From: Histomonas meleagridis 2922-C6/04-290x
Taxonomy: Eukaryota; Protista; Parabasalia
Length of the DNA: 64,000 bases
Direction: 5' to 3'
Assembly: GCA_020184695.1 (NCBI GenBank)
Contig: JAANOX010000101.1
Span: 1-64,000 of the forward strand
Of the stretch, positions 52,200 through 62,670 are shown piece by piece. Position 1 is the stretch's first letter. Each line of letters starts with the position of its first letter. The position numbers were made by a program, and so were the translations under genes. The notes beneath the pieces were generated by a model that searched no databases, had not been told where the DNA came from, and saw only the letters and a list, made by a program, of their open reading frames with translations.

Positions 52200-53271
52200 A
52201 TGTAAATGTAAGAATTTTTTTTTTTAATAATTATAATTATCCAAAAAAAGCATGATGAGAACTATTGACACAAAAAACTTCGACAATTTTTTTTATACTT
52301 TATTAATATTATAAAGAACAGAACGCTTTATTTTAAATTGTTTTTGCTCAAAATTTTTTTGTATGAAAGATTTATATCATTATTTGAATGGAAATTGATC
52401 TGATATTATATAACTCAATGGAGTTTTACGGAACTTGTTATTTATAAATAAATTATTTTAATATTCTTTGTTACATGATAAAAATTCAGGATACTGGAAG
52501 TAGTACTTTTATTTAAATAAAAAATTGTAGAGTGAAATTTTGTTCAAAAACATTCGAAAATGAAATAAAAAATATTCAAAACTCACATTTCGTCATTATT
52601 AATAAAAAAATAATGGTATTAGAATCATATAGCATTACCTTATCCATTTCCAAACAGAAAACAAAACGGAAAAACATCATAATTTGTTTCGTTTTTATGA
52701 ATGTTATTTTCACCAAAAAATTTTAGCCTAAAAGGCAAAATTATATTTTATATTTTTTGCATGCGATATGTCCATTCATTATTTATATGTTGTTATTTAT
52801 CATTGTATAAAATTGAGATATTTCCATTCGATATTTATTCAACATATTTCCTAGGAAATATTGGTTTTACATGATTTTTCATTTGTTTAATTCCTTTTCT
52901 TCTTCAAGTTTTTTTGTTTCAAAGAGCTCTTTTGATGTTTCCATTTGATTTCTGTTCTTGTTTTTAATTTCATTAATCACTTCCCTTTGAATTCCATCTC
53001 TTCTAACATTTTTCGATTACTATTTGAAACTATTTCTGTATTATGTTTTATCATTAATTTTCCTGAAAGAAATTTATTTTTTTTCGTATTTAGACTATGG
53101 TATTATTCAATCTTTTTTGAAACTCATTCTGCATTTTCTTTCTTTATTTTCATTATTAATTGTATCTAAGTGATGAAAAATAAGTTCATTGATTATAATA
53201 TTAAATTTTTGTACATAAATTATATTTGGTTTCAAAAAATATAGTGTGAAAATTTTGATTATAAATTTGTG

Positions 53272-55500
53272 TTATAACCATTTGTCATTTTCATTATGGG
53301 CAATTTCATCTAAATCATGAGAAACATATTCTGAATTTAGATCACTTGGAGAATCTATCTGCTTAATTTCTTTTGAATAATTCTTTTTAGTTTTATGGCG
53401 TATAATAAAAATTACGATGCCAATAAGGATTAATACACACGCAACTGAACCACAAATTATACCAATTATAATTTTAATTGAAATGCTTTCATTTTTTGTG
53501 TCTGTTTGACGAATAAATGTGAAATAATTCGAGTAATAAATAATATATGTTGAAAAATGATATGTTATAAATTCGTAGTATATAAATTTTGTACTAAAAT
53601 ATGTAAATATAGTTGAAATTAATGAAAGAAAAACAGTTTCTGATACAAATAATACACTAATTGAAATCGTTTCTGTGATAAGTAAAGAATGTGTTAAAAT
53701 TGAAGAATGAGATAAAATCATTTTAGATGGAAATGAAAATGTAAATGAATTTGATTTTATAAATGTATTTAATTTAGATTTAGTAAATGTATTTGATTTA
53801 GTGAATGTATTTGATTTAATGAATGTATTTGATTTAATGAATGTATTTAATTTAGTAAATGAATTTGACTTAGTGAATGTATTTAATTTGGTAAATGTAT
53901 TTGATTTAGTGAATAATTTTGATTTAGTGAATGCATTTGATTTCGAAAATGAATTAGATTTTGTAAATGCATTTGATTGTGTAAATAAGTTAGATTTAGT
54001 GAATGTATTCGATCTAGTGAATGTATTTGATTTAGTAAATGCATTCGATCTAGTGAATGTATTTGATTTAGTAAATGCATTCGATCTAGTGAATGTATTT
54101 GATTTAGAAAATATATTTGATTTAGTAAATGCATTTGATTTAGAAAATATATTTGATTTAGTAAATGCATTTGATTGTGTAAATGAATTTGATTTCGTAA
54201 ATATATTTGTTTTAGTAAATGTATTTGATCTAGTGAATGCTTTAGATTTAGGAAATGTATTCGAGAATGTATTTGATTCAGTATATGTTTGTATTGGAGA
54301 GCACTCTGGAACTGTTTCATATTTCACATTAAATTTACCAAATGTATTATTTTGATATGTGCTTAATACCATGATATCAATTTTAACAGAATCAAATGCA
54401 CTTTCCCCAATTGTAGGTTGATATTTTCCATAAAAATAAACACATTTGAGGTTATTGCAAGCATTAAATACAAAGTTTTTAATCACAATTACATTTTTCC
54501 CAATGGAAACAATACTTAAACTACTACAGAATGAAAATAACCCTTTTGGTAGTGTTGTGACTTTGTGCGAAATGGTAAATGATTTGAGTTTTGTACATTG
54601 ACAAAATGTATAATCTCCAAGGCTTTCAATGTTATCACAATTTGTAATCTCTTCTAAATTAGAAAAATAAAATGAACGAGATCTAAGAGATGTAATTGTT
54701 GAAGGGATTTCATATGTATTTCCTTCTTTAGCTGCTGGATAAAAGTAAATAGTTTTAACATTTTTATCATATAAAACACCATCATCATTCAAATTACAAA
54801 AACACGGATTATTTTCAGATACTTTATAAAACTTAACACTATTACATTGTCCAAAAACATTATCACCAAATGAAATTACTGAAGCTGGAAAAGTGATGTT
54901 CTGCAATTGGATACATTGTAAAAACACATAATTTCCAAATGATTTAACATTTTCTCCAATTATAATCGATTCTAAACTTAAACAATTATTAAATGCATTA
55001 GATTCAATTGATGTAACAGAATCACCAATTATAACTGAGAGTAAAGAAGTCCAATGGGAGAAAGCAGAACCTGATATTGTTTTAATACCACTTTCAATAA
55101 TAACATGTAGCGTTGTCTCATTGTATTTAGATCTTTCATTATATTCACTTGGACTGGTGATGGTAAGTGTTGATGTTTCGAATGAAAATTTTGCACTTGT
55201 ATGATTGAAAAAAATAATAAATATTAGAAGAACATATTTGTAATCTACTTTTTTACTAGGCTTGAAAAAAACAAAAAATGAAATTATCATGCAAATTTTT
55301 GTCACAATAAAAGTCGAGAAATCATTGGTAAAGATATATCTGATGAATAAAGTTATATTGTACATCTCGTTTTCAGACTGATAATGAAAGAAATATGATG
55401 TTTTCTTGGTTTTATAAATTGGAAACAATATATTGGAAAATAAATAAATAACAATCACCAAGAGTAAAGCGTGAAAGTTCCTCGACCAAGACCTTAACAT
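53272..55500 (-). CDS. BspA-like LRR surface protein with (S/L)NxF(T/I)K repeat stalk and TM anchor
   Basis: LRR_5 repeats, about 30 hexapeptide repeats, TM IIIGIICGSVACVLILIGIVIFII; the true start is uncertain. Confidence 0.9.
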   Translation of the reverse strand: MLRSWSRNFHALLLVIVIYLFSNILFPIYKTKKTSYFFHYQSENEMYNITLFIRYIFTNDFSTFIVTKICMIISFFVFFKPSKKVDYKYVLLIFIIFFNHTSAKFSFETSTLTITSPSEYNERSKYNETTLHVIIESGIKTISGSAFSHWTSLLSVIIGDSVTSIESNAFNNCLSLESIIIGENVKSFGNYVFLQCIQLQNITFPASVISFGDNVFGQCNSVKFYKVSENNPCFCNLNDDGVLYDKNVKTIYFYPAAKEGNTYEIPSTITSLRSRSFYFSNLEEITNCDNIESLGDYTFCQCTKLKSFTISHKVTTLPKGLFSFCSSLSIVSIGKNVIVIKNFVFNACNNLKCVYFYGKYQPTIGESAFDSVKIDIMVLSTYQNNTFGKFNVKYETVPECSPIQTYTESNTFSNTFPKSKAFTRSNTFTKTNIFTKSNSFTQSNAFTKSNIFSKSNAFTKSNIFSKSNTFTRSNAFTKSNTFTRSNAFTKSNTFTRSNTFTKSNLFTQSNAFTKSNSFSKSNAFTKSKLFTKSNTFTKLNTFTKSNSFTKLNTFIKSNTFIKSNTFTKSNTFTKSKLNTFIKSNSFTFSFPSKMILSHSSILTHSLLITETISISVLFVSETVFLSLISTIFTYFSTKFIYYEFITYHFSTYIIYYSNYFTFIRQTDTKNESISIKIIIGIICGSVACVLILIGIVIFIIRHKTKKNYSKEIKQIDSPSDLNSEYVSHDLDEIAHNENDKWL
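53750..54285 (-). repeat. 18-nt coding tandem repeat (SNTFTK-type)
   Basis: Plus-strand unit of about GATTTAGTAAATGTATTT; also produces antisense pseudo-ORF 53801..54355. Confidence 0.9.
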
Positions 55501-55519
55501 ATTATTTGAATTTTCAAAT

Positions 55520-56010
55520 GTTACTATGCTTGTTGCAGTAACCCCAATGTCAAGCCCTGTTGTGGTTATCTCTCAATTTTCAATAACTATTTCAAATTTT
55601 CTTACGGTTTTTTTGAATTGTTTGTTCTCCATTAATTGTTGTTTAACCTCAACACAAATTTGGGTCGGGTTGAGGAATAGATTGAATGCTTAAGCACGAT
55701 CGTATTTTTATAACGACAGTTTTCTTATTTGTGTTGAAATTGATCGTCTTGTATTGAGGGTCGAAAAACCGCTACGATGTTGGAGCTCCGATATTCATTG
55801 TCGCAGGATGAGACACCATCCATGTGCGAAAATAATATTAGGGTTAGGCAGGTGGTGCTGAAGGCCTTTATAGAATCTATCCAAATTGCTCATTAGGTAC
55901 TCACCACCTGGAATAAATTCGCCCCAAGATGCATTTTATGACGACGGTTTGCTCCTCTCAAAATGTCCTTTTACAACAATATGCTCTGTTCTTGGCCATA
56001 ATATTGTCAT
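55520..56010 (-). ncRNA. Candidate structured ncRNA, possibly telomerase RNA
   Basis: Template-like CCUAACCCUAA (plus TTAGGGTTAGG, 55838-55848), abutting 9-bp helix 55849-55857/55902-55910, hairpin 55801-55829, pseudoknot-like element 55714-55778, hairpin 55647-55675; no convincing ORF. Ends are approximate. Confidence 0.45.
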
Positions 56011-56331
56011 TGTTCTTTTTATTCTGAGAAAAAATATAAGTGAATTATTTGGAATTTACAGACTCAATTTCAAAAATTTTAATTTTAAAATGCATTTTAA
56101 TTTCATTTTGTAAAAATGAAGAAATTAAAATTTGCGATTTATGCATAATAATTAATACTTAATAAGATTGTATTGATGATAAACATTAAAAATATTTTAC
56201 CAAATATCAATGGCGAAGAAGGGGATGCCCTTTATTATGTGTGAACACAATGAAAAAATAATTGAGCTTAAAATGAAAACCGTTTACCAGTATTGATTAT
56301 GACTTTTTCTTAGGGTCCCTTTGTTCTTGTA

Positions 56332-58758
56332 ATGGTCGAAGAGGTTTCCAAGATTTTAATTAATCTACAAAATCCTGATGAAGCAATCCGTGCACAAGCC
56401 GAAGCAGCTGTTAATAGTTTAAAAGAGCAAAACATTGTAGGGTTTATACAAGTCTTAAATCAAATTATTTCAACCCCAAATTCTCCACCACAATTACTTG
56501 CCATGAGTATTATTTTAACATGGCAACTTTTTCCTGAGGAAATTTCAGATCTAGATATTGATGCACCACATCCTTTTGACGTATATTCCCAACCATTAGT
56601 TGAAAACATCCTTAATGTTTCACACAATTTAATGATTAGTGGTGATTTGTCAATTAGACATTTGGCTGCTACTTTGTTTGGCCGTGTTGCTTCACTTCAA
56701 GTTCATAGGAATCTTGATTCAAAAATCTTTCTTAAACTATCAGAAGAACTTGCCAGCACACAAGACATCAATATCATACGCAGTATTTCTATTGCTCTTG
56801 TCAAAATATGTACTGAATGCGAGCCAGAAGATAATGAATTATCAGCTCTATTAACGGCAATTTTCAAACATCTCACAAATCCAACATCACCCGAAGTTAC
56901 TAATGAAGTTTCTAAGATACTCAGTTCCATTATCAATTCCATGGCGCAAATTCTTGAAGATGAGAAAGTATGCAATACTATTGTTAGTGTTCTTATTTCT
57001 CTTCTTCAAACGCCAGGATGTCAATGCTCAGCTCTTACTTCATGGATTGAGCTTTATAAAATTGTACCCGAACTTTTAGTTATGCTTTCACAACAACTTG
57101 TGCCTCTTGTTCTTTTAATTCTTTCTGATCCTCAACAAGAAGAAGCTACACTTCTTAATGGCTTCCTTCTTCTTCAAAAGCTTTCAAAGCTTGAAATGAA
57201 GAACGAAGAAAACATGAATGTTATTCGAGCTAATTATGAAGTAATTGTGATGACATTACTTAAGATGAGTTGTTCCGTATCAAATCCCGAGTGTGATATT
57301 TCTACTGCATGGAATCCACCTATCGCTGCAAAGGCAACGCTTAAATTGGTGACAATGACCCTCGGCGATCAGGAGCTCTTCAAACTTTTCCCATTAATTC
57401 AGTCACTTTTGACATCAAACGTCTTCGGCGACCGTTATGGTGGCTTATGTCTTCTATCGTTCATCGTTGAATACTCGGAATCACCAACAGCATTACCTAT
57501 TAAAGAAATTCTTGAATTATCACTCCAACTTACAAACGATCAAGTTCCAAGAGTTAAACAAGCAGCAATTAATTGTATTGCGAATGTTATAAATCGTCTT
57601 CGTGATACAAAAGATCCAAATCTTTTAGCTATTGCACAAACACTTTTACCATTAATATCACATATTGATGACGATCCATTTACAGCATATCAAACCATTA
57701 AACTTATGAGTCAAATTGTACAAGTACCAAACTTTGGAAATACATTTGAAGTACTTCAAACAACATTTACACGTTCGATACATTATCGATCATATTTCTC
57801 GAAGAATCCATTTTTATATATCTCTAAAATCATTGATTTTGGCGAACCTGAAAGTGTTAAAGCGTTTTATCCTACAGTCATTCAAACGCTTAAAGAATCA
57901 ATTGAGAATCCATCATTATTCCCTTTGATTCCAGAGCTAAGTGAACTTACACAAGGATATGTAATACGTTTTGGTAATGACATTATCCAATTTTCGGAAC
58001 CTGTGATACAACTTTTCTTTCAAGTTGTAAGATTCCCTAATGAATATGCAAGTGATGGACTAGTACCACTTGGTATACAAGCAATGAATTATCCACAAGT
58101 GTTTGCACCTTATTTACCACAATTTCTTGAAATTTCCGTAATGGCATTAAAACAAGTTTCGGATTCTGCTGCTGTTTATGGTGCTGCTACTGCTCTTTAT
58201 TTCATAATATTAGGTGGCCATGACATTACTCAACAAATGCCTGTTTTACTTCAACTATTAACAGAAGTTTTGGCAGATATGAATATTGCAGTAATAACAA
58301 GAAGAGCTGTAATTGATTTAATTGGTGTTATTGCTCAAAAGGCACCGCCACTTTTCGTACAGTTCGCAAATCCGGTGATGACATTAATCCGCGCTTTTTG
58401 TAATATTAGCGGATTAAAAATCCAAATGTCGATGAATGCTACAGAAGCGCAACTAATGGCAAACGCATTGGCTAAATGTACATATTCTGCAATGTTGGCT
58501 GTAGGAAAAGATTTGGCAAAGAATTATGTCGATATAGCTATTGATATTTTGTCGTTTGTGTCTGAATTAGAAGATGTTATAGAGCGCTTAATGAGCATTT
58601 GTTTGGATTTGTATTTGTATCTTTCAGTAGAATTTAAGAATGATCTTCTGATTGCTATAGAAGAAGAAGAAAGCATAGGTCAGCTCATATTTGTGGCTGC
58701 AGATGTTGACCAACAAAAAGCTAGCGCTGTATTGAATAATTTGGGATATTCTGAATAA
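56332..58758 (+). CDS. Importin-beta/karyopherin-like HEAT protein
   Basis: N-terminal NPDEAIRAQAEAAV importin-N-like helix and WNPPIAAKATL (cf. importin-beta W...AA..CL); HEAT repeats. Confidence 0.8.
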   Translation: MVEEVSKILINLQNPDEAIRAQAEAAVNSLKEQNIVGFIQVLNQIISTPNSPPQLLAMSIILTWQLFPEEISDLDIDAPHPFDVYSQPLVENILNVSHNLMISGDLSIRHLAATLFGRVASLQVHRNLDSKIFLKLSEELASTQDINIIRSISIALVKICTECEPEDNELSALLTAIFKHLTNPTSPEVTNEVSKILSSIINSMAQILEDEKVCNTIVSVLISLLQTPGCQCSALTSWIELYKIVPELLVMLSQQLVPLVLLILSDPQQEEATLLNGFLLLQKLSKLEMKNEENMNVIRANYEVIVMTLLKMSCSVSNPECDISTAWNPPIAAKATLKLVTMTLGDQELFKLFPLIQSLLTSNVFGDRYGGLCLLSFIVEYSESPTALPIKEILELSLQLTNDQVPRVKQAAINCIANVINRLRDTKDPNLLAIAQTLLPLISHIDDDPFTAYQTIKLMSQIVQVPNFGNTFEVLQTTFTRSIHYRSYFSKNPFLYISKIIDFGEPESVKAFYPTVIQTLKESIENPSLFPLIPELSELTQGYVIRFGNDIIQFSEPVIQLFFQVVRFPNEYASDGLVPLGIQAMNYPQVFAPYLPQFLEISVMALKQVSDSAAVYGAATALYFIILGGHDITQQMPVLLQLLTEVLADMNIAVITRRAVIDLIGVIAQKAPPLFVQFANPVMTLIRAFCNISGLKIQMSMNATEAQLMANALAKCTYSAMLAVGKDLAKNYVDIAIDILSFVSELEDVIERLMSICLDLYLYLSVEFKNDLLIAIEEEESIGQLIFVAADVDQQKASAVLNNLGYSE

Positions 58759-58783
58759 ATAATATGCTAAAAAATGTGTTTAG

Positions 58784-59119
58784 TTAAACCATAATGTTCC
58801 AAACAAAAAGGAACATGAGAGAGATGCAAAACAAATAATCAACAAAGGCACGTTCATTTGTTACTTTGCTATTGATTTCTGGTGTAAGATGGATTCTTAA
58901 TGCAATTGTAAGAATAATGAGACCAAGGCATCCACAAATAGATGAAATAACGCTTTCAAATGGATAGGCTTTTGAAATTCCCGCATAAACAATTTGAAGT
59001 AAAAGTGTGATGAAACCATAGAGTGCAATTGCATCAAAACCGCGGAGGAGAGATGATTGTTTCCTGTACTTCTCGACAAATTCTTTTCGTAATTGGGAAA
59101 ATGAGTTAAGTTCCATCAT
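58784..59119 (-). CDS. DAD1: Oligosaccharyltransferase subunit DAD1/OST2
   Basis: YPFESVIS...G..ILTIALRIHL...ERAFVDYLF; ATG at 59119. Confidence 0.88.
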   Translation of the reverse strand: MMELNSFSQLRKEFVEKYRKQSSLLRGFDAIALYGFITLLLQIVYAGISKAYPFESVISSICGCLGLIILTIALRIHLTPEINSKVTNERAFVDYLFCISLMFLFVWNIMV

Positions 59120-59201
59120 TTGGATAAATGGCCAATTCAATATAACCGTTATAATTAACAATGTTTGCTTGAACAAAGTTTGTGAATTTAGCTTAATAAA
59201 A

Positions 59202-59459
59202 ATGGGAGAATCTCCAAGAGTAGCAATTACAAATTTAAATTTTAGAACTCATGTAGATGATATATACCACTTGTTTAGTAAGTTTGGCGAAATGACAGAG
59301 TGTAGATTAGTTCTTAATGAACGAAATGAATCAAAATGTTGTGGTTTCATATCATACAAAAGAAGCAGAGATGCACAAAGGGCAATCAACGAGATGAATG
59401 GCTTTCATCTCGATTCTAAAGAAATCAGAGTTGAATGGGCTACAAACAAAAACCTTTAA
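59202..59459 (+). CDS. Small single-RRM RNA-binding protein
   Basis: RNP2 VAITNL, RNP1 CCGFISY, ending IRVEWA; ATG at 59202. Confidence 0.88.
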   Translation: MGESPRVAITNLNFRTHVDDIYHLFSKFGEMTECRLVLNERNESKCCGFISYKRSRDAQRAINEMNGFHLDSKEIRVEWATNKNL

Positions 59460-59865
59460 CATATCTATCACTACGTATAAACAGTATTTTATTAATGCTT
59501 TCTTATTTTTCCCCTGGTGTAAACCTTCTATGCGTCCAAAATTAGTTAAAACAAATAATCGTATAAACAAAAGTAATGTTTTTGTGAATTTGGAACGATA
59601 TTTTTATTTGTAATTAACTCTTAGAAACATAGGTTTATGCATAATAAAAATTTTTTGTATTCAACATCGTCGATTTAAACGATTTCTTTTTGAGGTCTAA
59701 AAACAAAAAATTCAATAGCATACTAAACACTTTGTTGGTGCTTATCTATTAAAAAAAGGATATATATTTTGGAAGAAAGTTTGGAAAGAATATGAAGATT
59801 CGGCTAACGTTCTCAACACAAATTTCAAAGATAATAACCGCCTCGATACAAAGTTTTGTTTTAGC

Positions 59866-59873
59866 AAACGGTT
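59866..59873 (+). promoter_or_regulatory. AAACGGTT, M3-like (Myb-type) core promoter motif upstream of RPLP1
   Basis: Sits 20 nt before the ATG; the same RACCGT/ACGGTY motif recurs near many gene starts (11079, 17919, 30649, 35962, 50843, 56278, 59144, 60435). Confidence 0.5.
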
Positions 59874-59892
59874 TTGACAGCCTTAGAGAAGA

Positions 59893-60210
59893 ATGGCCTC
59901 ACCAGAATTAGCTGTTGTTTATGCTGCTCTCATCCTTAACGATGATGGAATCGAAATCACAGCTGATAAAATCAACAAACTTATCTCAGCCGCAGGAGTT
60001 AAGCTCGAATCATATTGGGTTGATCTTTTTGCAGAATATTTCAAGAACCACGACATCACTGAACTTGTAAAGGGTACAGCACTCGGTGGTGCTGCTCCAG
60101 CTGCTGGCGCTGCATCAGGTCCTGCTGAAGAAAAGAAAGAAGAAGAGAAGAAGAAGGAAGAAGAAGAAGTCGTCGAAATGATGGGTGGCTTTGATGATCT
60201 TTTCGATTAA
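59893..60210 (+). CDS. RPLP1: 60S acidic ribosomal protein P1
   Basis: ELAVVYAALILNDDGIEITADKI...YWVDLF...AAPAAGAA...EEEKK...MMGGFDDLFD. Confidence 0.95.
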   Translation: MASPELAVVYAALILNDDGIEITADKINKLISAAGVKLESYWVDLFAEYFKNHDITELVKGTALGGAAPAAGAASGPAEEKKEEEKKKEEEEVVEMMGGFDDLFD

Positions 60211-60458
60211 GTAAACACGTCAATTTCTTATATTTCATTATTAATTGTTTATGTTTTAATTTGCATTTAATTTAATTATAAAATTTTTATTTTGTAACTA
60301 TATTTAATATCAAATTAAACTTTTGGAAGAAACTGATATGTACGAGCTGCACTTAAAGGAGAATCGAAAGTATTTAAACAAATTTATTTTGAACATTTTT
60401 TACGTACTTTTTGATATTATTCAATTTGTTGGCAAAACCGTCGTGAGGCCAAACTGAA

Positions 60459-60980
60459 ATGTTTGGTTTTCTTCTTGCGTGTCTGGCAAGCTCAGCACCA
60501 TTCATAATGTTCGATAAGAAGGTTACTGATGATGAAGGTAGGATTGGTGAACCAGTCCATGTCCTTTACAACATATACAACCTTGGTGATACAGAAATTA
60601 CTGATCTTCACATTGATGACTCCGGAATTACACGTGATCAATGGGATTTCCCAAAGTCTGCAAACAATTTAAGGTGGAACGTTCTTGAACCTGGTAAAAA
60701 CATATCATATGTATTCACAATCAAGCCTATCATCTCAGGCAACCTTCGTCTTGGCTCTTCTCGTCTTAGATACGTTGCTGATGGCCAAAAGAGGATTGCA
60801 TTTTCTTCACAACTTTTCTGGTTCAACTCAAAGTCCACACACTCAATTGGTGCCAAATCTAACCTCATCGGATATGGCATCACAATACTTGCTGCACTTG
60901 CTTCAGTTTTCATCCCATACTTCCTTTGGATGATGAATAAGAATGAAGTTGATGTTCCAAAGAAGGTTAAAGCAAACTAA
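60459..60980 (+). CDS. SSR2: Translocon-associated protein beta
   Basis: Signal peptide, VLYNIYNLG...ITDLHIDD, W..LEPGKNISY, C-terminal TM helix, K-rich tail. Confidence 0.8.
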   Translation: MFGFLLACLASSAPFIMFDKKVTDDEGRIGEPVHVLYNIYNLGDTEITDLHIDDSGITRDQWDFPKSANNLRWNVLEPGKNISYVFTIKPIISGNLRLGSSRLRYVADGQKRIAFSSQLFWFNSKSTHSIGAKSNLIGYGITILAALASVFIPYFLWMMNKNEVDVPKKVKAN

Positions 60981-61638
60981 ACTTAACTCACTAAAACACA
61001 ACAGAACAATTCCATTTTTTGAGAACTTTATATAGCAGTTTCGGTATTGAAAATTGAACCCATGGTTACCCTATGAGGGATAATTGGACAGATGAAAACC
61101 AAAAAATTTTTTGGAAATTTCCTTTTAACCAGTTATAAAAAAGCTTTTAATGCTCCACATAGTTTCAAAACATCATAAGTTTTTGTAATGTCTTGTGAGT
61201 ATAAGAATTGGTTACAAATGATTAATTTTTTCAAGACTTTTCCACATTAGCGAACGAAAAAAACGAATGCCATTCATTCTTTAATGATAAAAAAGGTTGT
61301 TGTTCAAAAAATTAAAAATTTTGATTACATATTTTGAAATAATGAAAAACTTTAATGGTACTTATTTTACTATTTGGCATTTCTTCAGCTGTTTTGTACT
61401 TTCAAAAATGGTTTAAAACTGAATTCAATCTTTAAACGCTAAAATATTTTTCATTGTTTTGGTTGTTTTTAGACTTTGTAAAGTTAATTGAAATTCCAAC
61501 TTTTTGTATGATTATATATTCGTTAACCGATAATATTCTCATCAAAATTGAATTTAAAGGTCCTTGGAATAATTAGCCACTTTTTTCTCATCTTTGACTT
61601 TTTCAATGAACTTACAGCACCTTAAATTTCTTGGAAGG

Positions 61639-62226
61639 ATGTCTAACCTCTGTGTTCCTTCTGAAGCAAAAATTGTGATGCTTGGGGATTCTCTTGTAGG
61701 GAAAACAAGCATAGTCACACAATATGTAAAACATACATTTTCAGAAGCTGAAAATCAGACAGTCGGATCTTATTTTGTGACAGAAATTGTTAAAATAGAC
61801 AATTCTGAATTATGCTTCCACATTTGGGACACAGCTGGGCAAGAAAGGTATAGAGGTCTAATTCCAATGTATTCGAGGGGTGCTTCGGCTGCAATTTTAG
61901 TAATTGACGTTTCAAACCCAACAAGCTTGGAATCCATCGAACCGTGGTATAAATCACTTCAAGCGAATATCAAGGAAGGCTGCTTAGTTTATTTAGCAGC
62001 AAATAAAATTGATTTACAATGTCAAATTGATCTAACTCAAGCTGAAGCTTGGGCTAAATCTCACGAAGTTCCATTTTTCACTACGACTGCAACTTCATTT
62101 GATTCAGTTGCGACTGTTTTTACAAAGATCGCGAGTGATTTAATGGAACAATTCGAAAAGAAAACAATTGTTGAACCAACTCAAAAACCGATCGGTGATC
62201 CTGAGCCTAGAAGTAGATGCTGTTGA
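61639..62226 (+). CDS. Rab-family GTPase (Rab5/21-like or lineage-specific)
   Basis: [31 protein letters not shown]-terminal CC; ATG at 61639. Confidence 0.92.
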   Translation: MSNLCVPSEAKIVMLGDSLVGKTSIVTQYVKHTFSEAENQTVGSYFVTEIVKIDNSELCFHIWDTAGQERYRGLIPMYSRGASAAILVIDVSNPTSLESIEPWYKSLQANIKEGCLVYLAANKIDLQCQIDLTQAEAWAKSHEVPFFTTTATSFDSVATVFTKIASDLMEQFEKKTIVEPTQKPIGDPEPRSRCC

Positions 62227-62459
62227 TTCTTGGATTTTCTATTTATAAATCTTGTGGTCTTGAATTCTTTTTATTATCAAGAATTTTTTGCTTCATCATT
62301 TTATTCTCACTTAGAAAAATATAAATAATTATAAATTGCCCCAGATAATGTTTAAACATCCAAATCACATTTTGAAAGACAGTTCAAGGATTTCAAAGAT
62401 TTACGAAAAAGTAATCCTAAAAGAGAATTTCCTTACGTACATAGAAAATTGTTAGAGGT

Positions 62460-62670
62460 ACCTACGGTGAGGCACTTTTTCAGGTGACGAAGCATATATA
62501 AAAGGACTTTCATACTTCAAATCAAACCAGGTCTCATCACTGGTCATAATATTAATAAAACTATCGTAGCTTGCTTCAATATTACTAAAATTTTTTTCTT
62601 ACTTCTGCTCGACCGTTAATTTACGGGAATATGCCGATATGACTTGAGGGTGAAGTCCCTGGTTTCGAAA
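62460..62670 (-). mobile_element. Mariner transposase remnant
   Basis: Minus-strand translation FINIMTSDETWFDLKYES matches the mariner first catalytic motif (IVTGDETW); flanked by stops. Confidence 0.6.

Noticed and set aside
52860-53170. E/K-rich coiled-coil-like reading on the minus strand
   Set aside because: Broken by stops and frameshifts in every frame; no 17-nt parse was found that restores it.
53801-54355. 184-aa (F/D/L/V/N) repeat ORF on the plus strand
   Set aside because: Antisense shadow of the 18-nt BspA stalk repeat.
55886-56113. 75-aa ORF overlapping the GC-richer island
   Set aside because: Non-ATG start and no motif; the island is better explained by RNA structure on the minus strand.
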